Origin: Clostridiales bacterium
GTDB taxonomy: Bacteria > Bacillota > Clostridia > Oscillospirales > Oscillospiraceae
Assembly: GCA_004558115.1 (NCBI GenBank)
Contig: SFDT01000002.1
Location: forward strand, 8,263 to 72,262
DNA length: 64,000 bases
Direction of reading: 5' to 3'
Position 1 is the stretch's first letter. Each line of letters opens with the position of its first letter. The notes below the pieces were generated by a model. The model worked only from the letters and a program-made list of their open reading frames with translations, ran no database searches and was not told where the DNA came from. Positions 44,799-54,632 of the stretch are shown here, one piece after another. The position numbers and the translations under genes are program-made.

Positions 44799-46175
44799 TT
44801 ACAGAGAGTTTTTGCCCCGGGCCATGTACTTTCCCTGAGGCGCCTGGTCCAGCACCTTGCCGTCCTCCACGGCCAGCCGGCCCCGCAGCCACACCTGGCG
44901 GATGCCGCCGGAGGTGACGAAGCCCTCGTAGGGGTTGTAGTCCACATTGGCCACGCAGTCATCGGCCCGGATCACATGGCTGGCCTTGGGGTCATACACC
45001 ACGATGTCGGCGTCGCTGCCCCGGCGCAGGAGGCCTTTGCGGGGGTAGAGGCCGTACAGCCGGGCGGGATTCTCGCACAGCACACGGCACAGCTGGGCGG
45101 CGTTGAGCTTCCGCTTGGCCACACCGTAGGAGTACATGAGCTCTCCCCGGGTCTCCACACCGGGCAGTCCGCCGGGGATCTTCGTAAAGTCCTCCCGGCC
45201 CATGTCCTTTTGAGCCAGCGTGAAGGAACAGTGGTCCGTGGACACCGTCTGAATGTCGCCGTGGCGCAGGGCCTTCCACAAATATTCCTGCTCCGCCTTT
45301 TCCCGCAGGGGCGGCGCGCAGACATAGCGGGCGGCGGAGGAGTAGTCCTCGTTGAAATAGACGCTCTCGTCCAGCAGCAGGTACTGGGGGCAGGTCTCCA
45401 CATAGACGATCTGGCCCCGCTTCCGGGCGTGCTCCACTTCCTTCAGCGCCTCGTGGTTGGTGAGGTGGACGATGACCACCGGGCAGTCCGCCGCCTGGGC
45501 GATGCGCAGCAGCCGGCTGACCGCTTCCGCCTCCAGATAGGGAGGCCGGGTGACGGGATGGGAGCCGGGGCCCAGCTTGCCGCTGTTTTTCCGCTCGGCG
45601 ATCATGCCGTCAATGACGCCGGCGTTCTCACAGTGGACGCCGCAGATGCCGCCCAGCCGCCGCAGCTCCTTCAGCGCCCAGTACATATCCCGGTCGCCGA
45701 TCATCATGGCGGGATAGGTCATATAGATTTTAAAAGAGGAGACGCCCTGGGCGAACATATCCGGCAGCTCCGCCCGGATGCCCTCATTCCAGTCGTCGAT
45801 GGTCATGTGGAAGCCGTAGTCGCAGAAAGTCCGGCCATCGGCTTTTTGGTGCCACAGCTCCAGGCCGTGGTGGAGGGTCTCGCCCTTGTTGGGGCAGGCG
45901 AAGTCGATGACGGTGGTGGTGCCGCCCCGCAGGGCCGCCCGGCTGCCGGTATAAAAATCGTCGGCGGTGGTGGTGCCGGCCACATCCAGGTCAAAGTGGG
46001 TGTGAGCGTCGATGAAGCCGGGGAACAGCAGGCAGCCGGATACGTCCTCCACCGTGTCGGCGGTATCGGTGAGGCCGCGGCCGACCCGGAGGATCTTCTC
46101 CCCGTCCATCAGCACATCAGCCCGCTTCACGCCGCTGCCGGAGACCACGGAGCCGCCTTTGAGCAGTGTTTTCAT
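44799..46175 (-). CDS. hydA: Dihydropyrimidinase (amidohydrolase)
   Basis: PGFIDAHTH; GGTTTVIDF; SFKIYMTY; VHCEN; ETCPQYL; STDHCSF; IPGGLPGVE. Confidence 0.92.
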   Translation of the reverse strand: MKTLLKGGSVVSGSGVKRADVLMDGEKILRVGRGLTDTADTVEDVSGCLLFPGFIDAHTHFDLDVAGTTTADDFYTGSRAALRGGTTTVIDFACPNKGETLHHGLELWHQKADGRTFCDYGFHMTIDDWNEGIRAELPDMFAQGVSSFKIYMTYPAMMIGDRDMYWALKELRRLGGICGVHCENAGVIDGMIAERKNSGKLGPGSHPVTRPPYLEAEAVSRLLRIAQAADCPVVIVHLTNHEALKEVEHARKRGQIVYVETCPQYLLLDESVYFNEDYSSAARYVCAPPLREKAEQEYLWKALRHGDIQTVSTDHCSFTLAQKDMGREDFTKIPGGLPGVETRGELMYSYGVAKRKLNAAQLCRVLCENPARLYGLYPRKGLLRRGSDADIVVYDPKASHVIRADDCVANVDYNPYEGFVTSGGIRQVWLRGRLAVEDGKVLDQAPQGKYMARGKNSL

Positions 46176-46396
46176 AGAGCGATCACTCCTCTTTGTGATA
46201 TCAACGCCAGTATAACACTGAAATACTGGGATTTCCAGTGGGGAACAAGAAAAAACCGGGCCATGGAAAAGCATACAAAAATGTGGGGCCTTTTTCTCAG
46301 TGTTCACAGAAATTATACCTACTTATTTCTTCAGAGTATGCTATACTGTACCATAGAAGAGCGGTCCTGCTCTGCAATCACAAAGGAGGTAAACGA

Positions 46397-48577
46397 ATGA
46401 AGAAGAAAGTCCTGTCATTGGTCCTGGTTCTGGCCATGATGTTCTCCCTGTGCATCACCGCCGGCGCCGAGGAACCCGCCGAGGACCTGAGCGGCTCCAT
46501 CATCATCCTGCACACCAACGACGTGCACGGTGCCATCGATGGCTATGCCAAAGCGGCAGCACTGAAGAAGACCTATGAGGACATGGGCGCCTACGTTCTG
46601 CTGATGGACGCCGGTGACTTCATCCAGGGCGATCCCACTGTCAGCACCAGCGAGGGTGCCACGGCGGTGGAGCTGATGAACCTGGCCGGTTACGATGTGG
46701 CTGCCCCCGGCAACCACGAATTCGACTACGGCTATACCAACCTAAAGGCACTGGCCGGCGAGGCGGATTTCCCCATCGTGGCGGCCAACGTGCTCTACGG
46801 CGGCAAGGCCGCGTTTAATGACAACGTGACCTTCACCGCGCCTGACGGCACCAAGATCGGCGTTTTCGGCCTGGACACCCCTGAGACGGCCACCAAGGCC
46901 CACCCCGCCAAGATCAAGGGCGTTACCTTCCTGGCGGACGATGAGCTGTTTGCCTGCGCCCAGGAGCAGGTGAATGAGCTGGAGGCCGAGGGCTGTGATA
47001 TCATCGTGTGCCTGGGCCACCTGGGCATCGACGATGAGTCCACCGGCAACCGCTCCATGGACCTTCTGGAGGAAGTGGACGGCATCGACCTCTTCATCGA
47101 CGGCCACTCCCACTCTGACCTGGATGATATCGCCGGCGCCGTGGGCGAGAGCTGCATGGTGAACGATACCATCCTGACCTCCACCGGCACCAAGTTTGAA
47201 AACATCGGCCTGGTGGTCATCTCTGACGGCGTCATGGAGGCCACCGCCATCCCCACCGCCGATATCACCGTGAAGCCCGACGGCACCGTGGCCGACCGGG
47301 CCGCCGCCATTCAGAAGGCGGTTGACGACGAGTACGGTGCCGTGTTTGCCAAGACCGAAGTGGAACTGAACGGCGTGAAGGCCGAGGTCCGCACCGGCGA
47401 GACCAACCTGGGCAACCTCATCACTGACGCCCTGGTCTGGGGCGCTGCCGAAGCCGGCACCAAGGTGGACGCGGCCGTGACCAACGGCGGCGGCATCCGC
47501 GCTTCCATTTCCAAGGGCGGCATCACCAAGAAGGACATCAATACCGTTCTGCCCTTCGGCAACACCCTGAGCATCGTGAAGGTCACCGGCGCCGAGCTGC
47601 TGGAGGCTTTGGAGGCTTCCACCTACTGCACGCCTGAGACCATCGGCGGTTTCCCCCATGTTTCCGGCATCGTGTTCACCGTGGACACCGGCAAGGTCTA
47701 TGACCAGGGCGAGCAGTATCCCGGCTCCACCTACTACGGTCCCAAGAGCATCCAGCGGGTGAGCATCCAGTCCGTGGGCGGCAAGGCCTTTGACCCCAAT
47801 GCCACCTACACCATCGCCACCAATGACTTCATGGCCGCCGGCGGCGACACCTACTATGCCTTCAAGACCGCCAGCGTCAACTATGACCTGGGTGTTCCCA
47901 TGGACGAAGTGGTGATGGAATATGTCACCGAGGAGCTGGACGGCGTTGTCACCGCTGAAGATTACGGCGCTTCCGAGGGCCGCATCACCATCAAGAAGGG
48001 CCTGCCCTTCACGGACGTGGCTGCTGACGCCGCTTACTATGACGATGTTCTGTACGTTTACGAGAACAACATTTTCAACGGCTTCACCAGCACCATTTTC
48101 GGGCCTGACTCCACCATGACCCGCGGCCAGATGGTCACTGTCCTGTGGCGGATGAACGGCTCTCCCGAGCCGGAGAAGGACTGTCCCTTCACCGATGTGG
48201 CGGCCGCCTCTCCCTACCGCAAGGCCATCGCCTGGGCGGTGGAGAACGGCCTGAGCAACGGCTACACGGAGACCACCTTCGCTCCCGGCCAGGCTATTTC
48301 CCGCCAGCAGTTCCTGACCATTCTGTACCGCTACGCCCAGTTCAAGGAGTATGATGTCTCCGTGGGCGAGGACACCAATATCCTCTCCTACACGGATGTT
48401 GAGAGCGTCAGCACCTACGCGGTCCCCGCCATGCAGTGGGCCTGCGGCGCCGGTGTCGCCTACGGGATCGACGGCAAGCTCATGCCCACCTCTCCCGCGC
48501 CCCGCTACCAGGTGGCGGAGTTCCTGGCCAGCTTCTGCCAGAACGTGGTCCCCGCCGGGACCGGCAAGGCCGCCTGA
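46397..48577 (+). CDS. Secreted 5'-nucleotidase/metallophosphatase with C-terminal SLH repeats
   Basis: Signal peptide; HTNDVHG; DAGD; GNHEFDYG; DGHSH; NGGGIRA; LPFGN; SLH TRGQMVTVLWR, SRQQFLTILYR. Confidence 0.92.
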   Translation: MKKKVLSLVLVLAMMFSLCITAGAEEPAEDLSGSIIILHTNDVHGAIDGYAKAAALKKTYEDMGAYVLLMDAGDFIQGDPTVSTSEGATAVELMNLAGYDVAAPGNHEFDYGYTNLKALAGEADFPIVAANVLYGGKAAFNDNVTFTAPDGTKIGVFGLDTPETATKAHPAKIKGVTFLADDELFACAQEQVNELEAEGCDIIVCLGHLGIDDESTGNRSMDLLEEVDGIDLFIDGHSHSDLDDIAGAVGESCMVNDTILTSTGTKFENIGLVVISDGVMEATAIPTADITVKPDGTVADRAAAIQKAVDDEYGAVFAKTEVELNGVKAEVRTGETNLGNLITDALVWGAAEAGTKVDAAVTNGGGIRASISKGGITKKDINTVLPFGNTLSIVKVTGAELLEALEASTYCTPETIGGFPHVSGIVFTVDTGKVYDQGEQYPGSTYYGPKSIQRVSIQSVGGKAFDPNATYTIATNDFMAAGGDTYYAFKTASVNYDLGVPMDEVVMEYVTEELDGVVTAEDYGASEGRITIKKGLPFTDVAADAAYYDDVLYVYENNIFNGFTSTIFGPDSTMTRGQMVTVLWRMNGSPEPEKDCPFTDVAAASPYRKAIAWAVENGLSNGYTETTFAPGQAISRQQFLTILYRYAQFKEYDVSVGEDTNILSYTDVESVSTYAVPAMQWACGAGVAYGIDGKLMPTSPAPRYQVAEFLASFCQNVVPAGTGKAA

Positions 48578-48614
48578 GTTTTTAACGCGGCTTCCCAAAA
48601 TCGGAATATAACAG

Positions 48615-48653
48615 AAAAGGAGGCCGGGAGCATTGCTCCTGGCCTCCTCTTTT
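48615..48653. terminator. Bidirectional terminator
   Basis: AAAAGGAGGCCGGGAGC-ATT-GCTCCTGGCCTCCTCTTTT. Confidence 0.8.
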
Positions 48654-48660
48654 GTGGGGT

Positions 48661-49458
48661 TTACATGCCCTTGCTCTTTTCCCAGGCGGCGATGACGGCG
48701 TTCATCACAGCGCCCCGGAAGCCAGCCTCCTCCAGCGCCCGGATGCCCTGGATGGTGGCGCCGCCGGGAGAGCAGACAGCGTCTTTCAGTTCTCCGGGGT
48801 GTTTGCCGGTCTCCAGCATCAGCTTGGCCGTGCCGATCATCATCTGGGCGGCGCTCTCCAGCGCCAGGGCCCGGGACAGGCCGCAGGCTACGCCGCCGTC
48901 GGCCAGCGCCTCCAGAAACAGGTCCGCAAAGGCGGGGCCGCAGCCCGCCACAGCGCTGCCGGCGTCCATCAGGTGGTCCGCCAGCGGGGCAAGCCGGCCG
49001 GCCCCAGCCAGAGACTCCAGGAAGATCTTTTCCTCCTGCTTGGTGATATTTTCACTGCAATCATAAAATATCATGCCTTCCCCGATGGCGGAGGGAGTGT
49101 TGGGCATAATGCGGATGACGGGGTAGTCCTTGCCCGCCAGCTCACGGATACGGGGGATCGTCAGGCCTGCCGCCATAGACACCAGGATGAACCGGGTCTC
49201 CCGGCTTTCCAGGACGGGAGCGATGTCCGCCAGCATATCCGCCATCATCTGGGGCTTGACCCCCAGAAAAATGAAGTCCGCGCTTTCCGCAATGGCGGCG
49301 TTGTCCGCCACCCGGCATCCCAGTTCCTCTGCCAGAGCCTTGGCTTTCTCCGGAGTGCGGTTGGCCAGGAACACCTGATCGCTGGGGATGCTCTTGCAAG
49401 CGGCCCGGGCCAGAGCGCCGCCCATATTGCCGCAGCCGATAAAACCTAAAGTTGCCAT
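48661..49458 (-). CDS. proC: Pyrroline-5-carboxylate reductase
   Basis: GFIGCGNMG; GVKPQ; RIMPNTP; GCGPAF; VCSPGGATI. Confidence 0.95.
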   Translation of the reverse strand: MATLGFIGCGNMGGALARAACKSIPSDQVFLANRTPEKAKALAEELGCRVADNAAIAESADFIFLGVKPQMMADMLADIAPVLESRETRFILVSMAAGLTIPRIRELAGKDYPVIRIMPNTPSAIGEGMIFYDCSENITKQEEKIFLESLAGAGRLAPLADHLMDAGSAVAGCGPAFADLFLEALADGGVACGLSRALALESAAQMMIGTAKLMLETGKHPGELKDAVCSPGGATIQGIRALEEAGFRGAVMNAVIAAWEKSKGM

Positions 49459-49486
49459 ACAGTATCACGTTCCTTTACTTGAAAAA

Positions 49487-50338
49487 TTAGCCGCACTGGA
49501 GAATGAGCCACACCCGGTCGAACCGCCGGGCAGCCAGGTCCTCCTTGCGGATGCAGAAATACACGCGGCCGCAGTCGCCGAACATCAGCTGGAAGCCGTC
49601 GCCATCCACCGTGTCCAGCTGGAACAGCAGCTGCCAGTTTTGGACGGCGTCCCGTTCCGCCCGAGCCTCCTCCGGGGACAGGTCCGGGCAGAGGCCGCCC
49701 AGGTAGTGCCCCCGGTCCGTCAGCTCGCACTCCCGAAAAAAGCTGCTTTGGATCACATCCGGCCAGCCCAGCAAGCAGGAGCGGTTGTCCGGGTCCTCAA
49801 CGCCCAGCATGGTCCGTGCCTCCCAGTATGGCTCCCAGTCACCGCTTTGCTCCTCCCGGCCGGCATAAAAGTCTTCGGCACTGGGATAGGAGGCTTCCGC
49901 TGACAGCAAAACGCCCAGAGCGGGCAAACGGTATTCGGCGGGCAGCTCCTCCGGAAAAGCCGCCGGGGACAGCTCCGCCGTCTCCGGGAACCAGAACACC
50001 CGGGCGCAGCCCCGGTCCGCGGGATCATAGCCCCACCGCTGGGAGCCCAGCTCGTAGAAAAAGGACAGCACGCCCGTTTTGGGCAGCAGCCCATCCGTGT
50101 CATAAGGTGCCAACGCTGCACAGCAAACCTGGGCCAGGAACGCCAGGGGCCGGGGCTTTACGTCATCGTCATCGTAGGTGGCCGTTTCAAAGACCGGCCA
50201 GGTGAAATCCGCCGGCACATCCGGCACGCCGCCGAAGCGGCTGGCGCCCACACCGGTGTCCGGTTGGCCGCCGATGGTCAGGCGGATGCTGTTTCGCGCC
50301 ATAGAGCAAAGGATGGTATGCATATCGGAGATGGTCAT
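49487..50338 (-). CDS. YwqG/DUF1963 family protein
   Basis: SRFGGVPDVP; PLAFLAQV; LLGWPDVIQ; WQLLFQLD; MFGDCG; DLAARRFD. Confidence 0.85.
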   Translation of the reverse strand: MTISDMHTILCSMARNSIRLTIGGQPDTGVGASRFGGVPDVPADFTWPVFETATYDDDDVKPRPLAFLAQVCCAALAPYDTDGLLPKTGVLSFFYELGSQRWGYDPADRGCARVFWFPETAELSPAAFPEELPAEYRLPALGVLLSAEASYPSAEDFYAGREEQSGDWEPYWEARTMLGVEDPDNRSCLLGWPDVIQSSFFRECELTDRGHYLGGLCPDLSPEEARAERDAVQNWQLLFQLDTVDGDGFQLMFGDCGRVYFCIRKEDLAARRFDRVWLILQCG

Positions 50339-50339
50339 A

Positions 50340-50723
50340 TCAGCCCTCCTGGTCAGTCTTTGGCGGCTGCTGGGCCTGCTCAGTCTTGGCTTTTTTCTCC
50401 TGAGCAGCCTTGGCCTTGGCGGCCAGCTTCGCGTTTTTTTCCGCCCGGAGCTTCCGGCGGCTGAGAGCGGCCACGCCCAGGCTGAACAGCGCCACCAGGA
50501 TATAGATGCCGCAGGGGGCGTACAGCTGCGTCACTTCCTGTCCGGCGGCAGGATTGCCGTTGGCGCGCTGCATCAGGATGAAGAACACCATGGATGCCAC
50601 GGCGGCCGCCGCCGTCAGCACACCCAGCAGCAGCTTGATGTGCCCCGGCTTCCGGGTCAGCATAAGGAGAAGCAGCAGTACCGTGATGACGCTCAGTGCG
50701 ATGGTCTCAAACAGCATTTCCAT
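50340..50723 (-). CDS. Small membrane protein
   Basis: Three hydrophobic segments and a basic tail; AAGGA RBS; within the pro operon. Confidence 0.7.
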   Translation of the reverse strand: MEMLFETIALSVITVLLLLLMLTRKPGHIKLLLGVLTAAAAVASMVFFILMQRANGNPAAGQEVTQLYAPCGIYILVALFSLGVAALSRRKLRAEKNAKLAAKAKAAQEKKAKTEQAQQPPKTDQEG

Positions 50724-50750
50724 TTCCTTATCCTCCTTTGATGGTCGTGG

Positions 50751-51998
50751 TCAGCGAACCTGACCCTCGCCGTAGATGACGTATTTGCAGCTGGTCAGCT
50801 CCTCCAGGCCCATGGGGCCCCGGGCGTGCATCTTCTGGGTGGAGATGCCGATCTCGGCGCCCAGGCCGAACTCACCGCCGTCGGTGAACCGGGTGGAGGC
50901 GTTGACATACACCGCCGCCGCGTCCACCTGGTCCAGGAAGTGCTGGGCCTTGAAGTAGTTTTTCGTGATGATGGCCTCGGAGTGGCCGGTGCCGTGGGCG
51001 TTGATGAAGGCAATGGCCTCCTCCATGTCCTTTACCGTGCGGACCGCCAGAATATAGTCGTCATACTCCGCGTCCCAGTCGGACTCGGCGGCGGGAACGC
51101 CCCGTGTTCCGACGATTTGCAGGGCCGCCTCGTCGCACCGCAGCTCCACCTGGTGTTTATCCAGCAGGGGCACGGCTTTGGCAAGAAAGTCCGCCGCCGC
51201 ATCCTCCTGCAAAAGCAGGCACTCCACCGCGTTGCACACGGAGGGGCGGGAGCACTTGGCGTTGTACAGGATGCTGGCGCCCATGTCCAGGTCCGCCTCG
51301 TTATCGATGTAGATGTGGCAAACGCCCTCGCCGGTGCGGATGACGGGGACGCTGGCCTCCTTGGCCACCGCGCGGATGAGACCGGCGCCGCCCCGGGGGA
51401 TGAGTACATCCACGTAGCCGTCCAGATGCATCAGCTCGTTTGCCGTTTCGTGGCTGGTGTCCTGCACCAGGGAGATGCAGCCCTCCGGCAGGCCCGCGGC
51501 GCGGAGAGCCTCCCGCATGAGGGCCGTGACGCAGCGGTTGGAGCGGATGGCCTCCTTTCCGCCCCGGAGGATGCACACGTTGCCGCTTTTCAGGCACAGG
51601 GCCGCCGCGTCCACGGTGACGTTGGGCCGGGCCTCAAAAATGATGGCGATGACGCCCAGCGGCACCCGCCGCCGGCCGATGATGAGGCCGTTGGGCCGTG
51701 TTTCCATCTTGGTGACCTGGCCGATGGGGTCCGGCAGAGCCATGACCTGCCGCACGCCGTCCACGATGCCCGCCACCCGCTCAGGGGTGAGGGTCAGCCG
51801 GTCCAGCATGGCGGGCCGCATACCCGCCTCCTTCGCCGCGGCCACATCCTCGGCGTTGGCGGAGAGCCATTCGTCCTGCCGCTGTGTCAAAATGTCCGCG
51901 ATGGCGGCCAGGGCGGCGTTTTTCTTCGCCGTGCCGGCGGTGGCCAGCACATAGGTGGCGGCCTTTGCCGCCGCGCCCTGCTGCTGCAATGCTGTCAT
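50751..51998 (-). CDS. proA: Gamma-glutamyl phosphate reductase
   Basis: VPLGVIAIIFEARPNVT; LKSGN; IPRGG; CNAVE; NASTRFTDGGEFGLGAEIGISTQKMHARGPMGL. Confidence 0.97.
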   Translation of the reverse strand: MTALQQQGAAAKAATYVLATAGTAKKNAALAAIADILTQRQDEWLSANAEDVAAAKEAGMRPAMLDRLTLTPERVAGIVDGVRQVMALPDPIGQVTKMETRPNGLIIGRRRVPLGVIAIIFEARPNVTVDAAALCLKSGNVCILRGGKEAIRSNRCVTALMREALRAAGLPEGCISLVQDTSHETANELMHLDGYVDVLIPRGGAGLIRAVAKEASVPVIRTGEGVCHIYIDNEADLDMGASILYNAKCSRPSVCNAVECLLLQEDAAADFLAKAVPLLDKHQVELRCDEAALQIVGTRGVPAAESDWDAEYDDYILAVRTVKDMEEAIAFINAHGTGHSEAIITKNYFKAQHFLDQVDAAAVYVNASTRFTDGGEFGLGAEIGISTQKMHARGPMGLEELTSCKYVIYGEGQVR

Positions 51999-52810
51999 AC
52001 GTCTTCCTCCTTACCGCGGGCCAAAAACCGCGTACCGATGTCCTGTCCCTCCACAATGCCGTACAGGTCTTCCATGCGCTCTCCGTTGGTGATGACCATG
52101 TCGCATCCGGCGTTCATGGCGATGCGGGCGGCGGAGAGCTTGGTGGCCATGCCGCCGGTGCCCCGCCAGGTGCCGGCGCCGCCGGCCATCTCCAAAATCT
52201 CCGGCGTCAGCGATTCCACACGGTGGAGCAGGCGGGCACCGGGGTATTTTTTGGGGTCGGCGCTGTACAGTCCGTCGATGTCGCTGAGCAGCACCAGCAG
52301 GTCCGCCCGGCACAGCTCCGCCACGATGGCGGAGAGGGTGTCGTTGTCACCCAGGACCTTGTGGCGGCCTGTCTCGATCTCGGCGGAGGAAACGGAGTCG
52401 TTCTCGTTCACCACCGGGATGACCCCCATCTCCAGCAGGGCGGAGAAGGTGCTGTGCAGGTGCTCCGCCCGGGAGGGGTCCTCCACGTCGTCGCCGGTCA
52501 GCAGGATCTGGGCCACGGACCGGTTGTACTCGGAAAACAATTTATCGTAAATGTGCATCATGCGGCACTGGCCCACGGCGGCGGCGGCCTGCTTCATCCG
52601 CAGCTCCTTTGGCCGCTCCGCAAGGCCCAGCTTTGCCGTACCCACGGCAATGGCACCGGAGGTCACCAGGATGATCTCGTGTCCCATGCCGTGGAGGTCC
52701 GAAAGCGTCCGGACCAAGTGCTCCATGCTCCGAAGGTCCAGGCTGCCGGAGTCATGGGTGAGGGTGGAGGTGCCCACCTTCACCACGATGCGCTGCTTTG
52801 TATGCTCCAA
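51995..52810 (-). CDS. proB: Glutamate 5-kinase (no PUA domain)
   Basis: IVVKVGTSTL; KQAAAAVGQ; NENDSV; GDNDTLSA; GTGGMATK. Confidence 0.95.
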   Translation of the reverse strand: MEHTKQRIVVKVGTSTLTHDSGSLDLRSMEHLVRTLSDLHGMGHEIILVTSGAIAVGTAKLGLAERPKELRMKQAAAAVGQCRMMHIYDKLFSEYNRSVAQILLTGDDVEDPSRAEHLHSTFSALLEMGVIPVVNENDSVSSAEIETGRHKVLGDNDTLSAIVAELCRADLLVLLSDIDGLYSADPKKYPGARLLHRVESLTPEILEMAGGAGTWRGTGGMATKLSAARIAMNAGCDMVITNGERMEDLYGIVEGQDIGTRFLARGKEEDV

Positions 52811-52929
52811 TTGGAAACCCTCCCGACTGTCTTGTCAGTTTTTTTCAGTATAGCACGGTGGAGCGCAAAAGAAAACCCTGTGTAATTTCTAAAAAACTGC
52901 GGAAAATACCGGGGAAAGGGAGGAGATTT

Positions 52930-53634
52930 ATGACAGAAACCACAAACCCCGGCCAGCCGGACCGGGACGGCGGCAACGAGACCAGCCAGTCCATACTGGA
53001 TTTCGGTTCCGCCATGACCCGCACCGCCCACGGCAGCGTCTACTGCCTGACCATCATCGGGCAGATCGAGGGGCACATGACCGCCTCCAACAGCACCAAG
53101 ACCACCAAATATGAACACGTTCTGCCCCTTCTTGCCAAGCTGGAGGAGAGCGAGGAGGTGGACGGCGTGCTGTTTTTGCTGAACACGGTGGGCGGCGATG
53201 TGGAGGCGGGCCTTGCCATCGCGGAGCTCATCGCCGGTATGACGAAGCCCACGGTTTCCATCGTTCTGGGGGGCAGCCACTCCATCGGCGTGCCGCTGGC
53301 GGTGGCGGCCCGGCGGAGCTTTGCCGTGCCCTCCGCCGCTATGACCATCCATCCCGTCCGCATGAGCGGCACCGTTATCGCCGCGCCCCAGACCTACAAT
53401 TACTTCCAGCGGCTCCAGGAGCGCATCGTGGCCTTTGTCTCCGGCCACAGCCACATCAGTCCGGAGCGCTTTCAGTCCCTCATGCTGCAAAAGGACGACA
53501 TGGCCGCCGACGTGGGCAGTGTGGTCTATGGGGAGGAGGCTGTCCAGCTGGGCATCATCGACCAGGTGGGCGGCCTTTCCGACGGCCTGGCCTGCCTGTA
53601 CCGGCAGATCGGGGAGCGCAAAGGGACCAACTGA
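52930..53634 (+). CDS. ClpP-like protein (TepA/YmfB type)
   Basis: IIGQIEGH; KTTKYEHVLP; LNTVGGDVEAGLAIAE; LGGSHSIGVP; MTIHPVR. Confidence 0.88.
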   Translation: MTETTNPGQPDRDGGNETSQSILDFGSAMTRTAHGSVYCLTIIGQIEGHMTASNSTKTTKYEHVLPLLAKLEESEEVDGVLFLLNTVGGDVEAGLAIAELIAGMTKPTVSIVLGGSHSIGVPLAVAARRSFAVPSAAMTIHPVRMSGTVIAAPQTYNYFQRLQERIVAFVSGHSHISPERFQSLMLQKDDMAADVGSVVYGEEAVQLGIIDQVGGLSDGLACLYRQIGERKGTN

Positions 53635-53758
53635 GCGAAGCAGCCGCCTGCAAGGGTGGCTGCTTCAAATTTTTGCGATATTTTGTAAAATATACTTGAC
53701 AAATAGCGTGTATGAGATTACACTGGCCTCACAAAACAGAAAACGGGAGGAACGACAT

Positions 53759-54289
53759 ATGAATCTTTCTCTGGGATACAACTTTGGCATACTGGCGGCA
53801 GTGCTGGTAGGGGCGCTGGTGGGGCTTGGCATCATAGCACTGTTGTTCCGGCTGAAGATCATGGACCTGACCTTTGACGAGCGGCAGGAGCGGGCCCGGG
53901 GACAGGCGTACAAGTACGGCTTCTGGACCCTGATGGCCTGCCTGCTGCTGTACGGCTTTTCCGATATGGTCCTGGGCCGCTGGTGCGACGTTATCGCCGG
54001 CGTCATGCTGTGCGCCGGTGTGGCGCTGGTAATGTTTGCGTCCGTCTGCATCGTGAAGGACGCTTATCTGAGCCTGAAAGAGAAGCCACGGACGATCATG
54101 ATCCTGCTCACCGTTGTCGGATCGCTGAATCTGGCCATCGGCATCATGAATTGGAAAAATGGCCGGGTGGTGCGGGACGGCATTCTGACCTTCGGTGCGG
54201 CCAACGGTATCTGCGGCCTCATGGTGCTGGTGATTTTGGTGGTCTATGTGGTGAATCACCTGCTGGCAAAGCGGGAGGACGCGGAATGA
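53759..54289 (+). CDS. Membrane protein with a DERQ motif (type commonly paired with XRE regulators)
   Basis: FDERQERARGQAYKYGF; several TMs; GGAGG RBS. Confidence 0.75.
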   Translation: MNLSLGYNFGILAAVLVGALVGLGIIALLFRLKIMDLTFDERQERARGQAYKYGFWTLMACLLLYGFSDMVLGRWCDVIAGVMLCAGVALVMFASVCIVKDAYLSLKEKPRTIMILLTVVGSLNLAIGIMNWKNGRVVRDGILTFGAANGICGLMVLVILVVYVVNHLLAKREDAE

Positions 54290-54483
54290 AGAATCTCCGG
54301 CTGAAATCCGCCCGGGCGGCCCTGGACATGAGCCAGCAGCAGCTGGCCGACGCGGTGGGCGTGTCCCGTCAGACCATCAACGCCATCGAAAAGGGGGACT
54401 ACAACCCCACCATCAAGCTGTGCCTGGCCATCTGCAAGGCATTGGGTAAGACCCTGGACGAACTGTTCTGGGAGGAGACGTGA
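54286..54483 (+). CDS. Small XRE-family HTH regulator
   Basis: LKSARAALDMSQQQLADAVGVSRQTINAIEKGDYNPTIKLC...TLDELFW; ATGA overlap. Confidence 0.92.
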   Translation: MKNLRLKSARAALDMSQQQLADAVGVSRQTINAIEKGDYNPTIKLCLAICKALGKTLDELFWEET

Positions 54484-54632
54484 ATCAGAAGGAGGCGGGC
54501 TGTGCCCGCCTCCTTCTTTGCGCGGTTGCAGGAAGCGCCGGTTGTTTAAAATTTCGGATTTGCCTTGAAATAGACGGTGTTCTCTGCTATATTATTCTAG
54601 TTATAGTATGGGAAGCTGCAAGGGGTGAAAGC

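Noticed and set aside
53759..54483. XRE plus membrane gene pair as a toxin-antitoxin or prophage remnant
   Set aside because: Common regulator/membrane pair in Firmicutes; no integrase, phage or toxin motifs nearby
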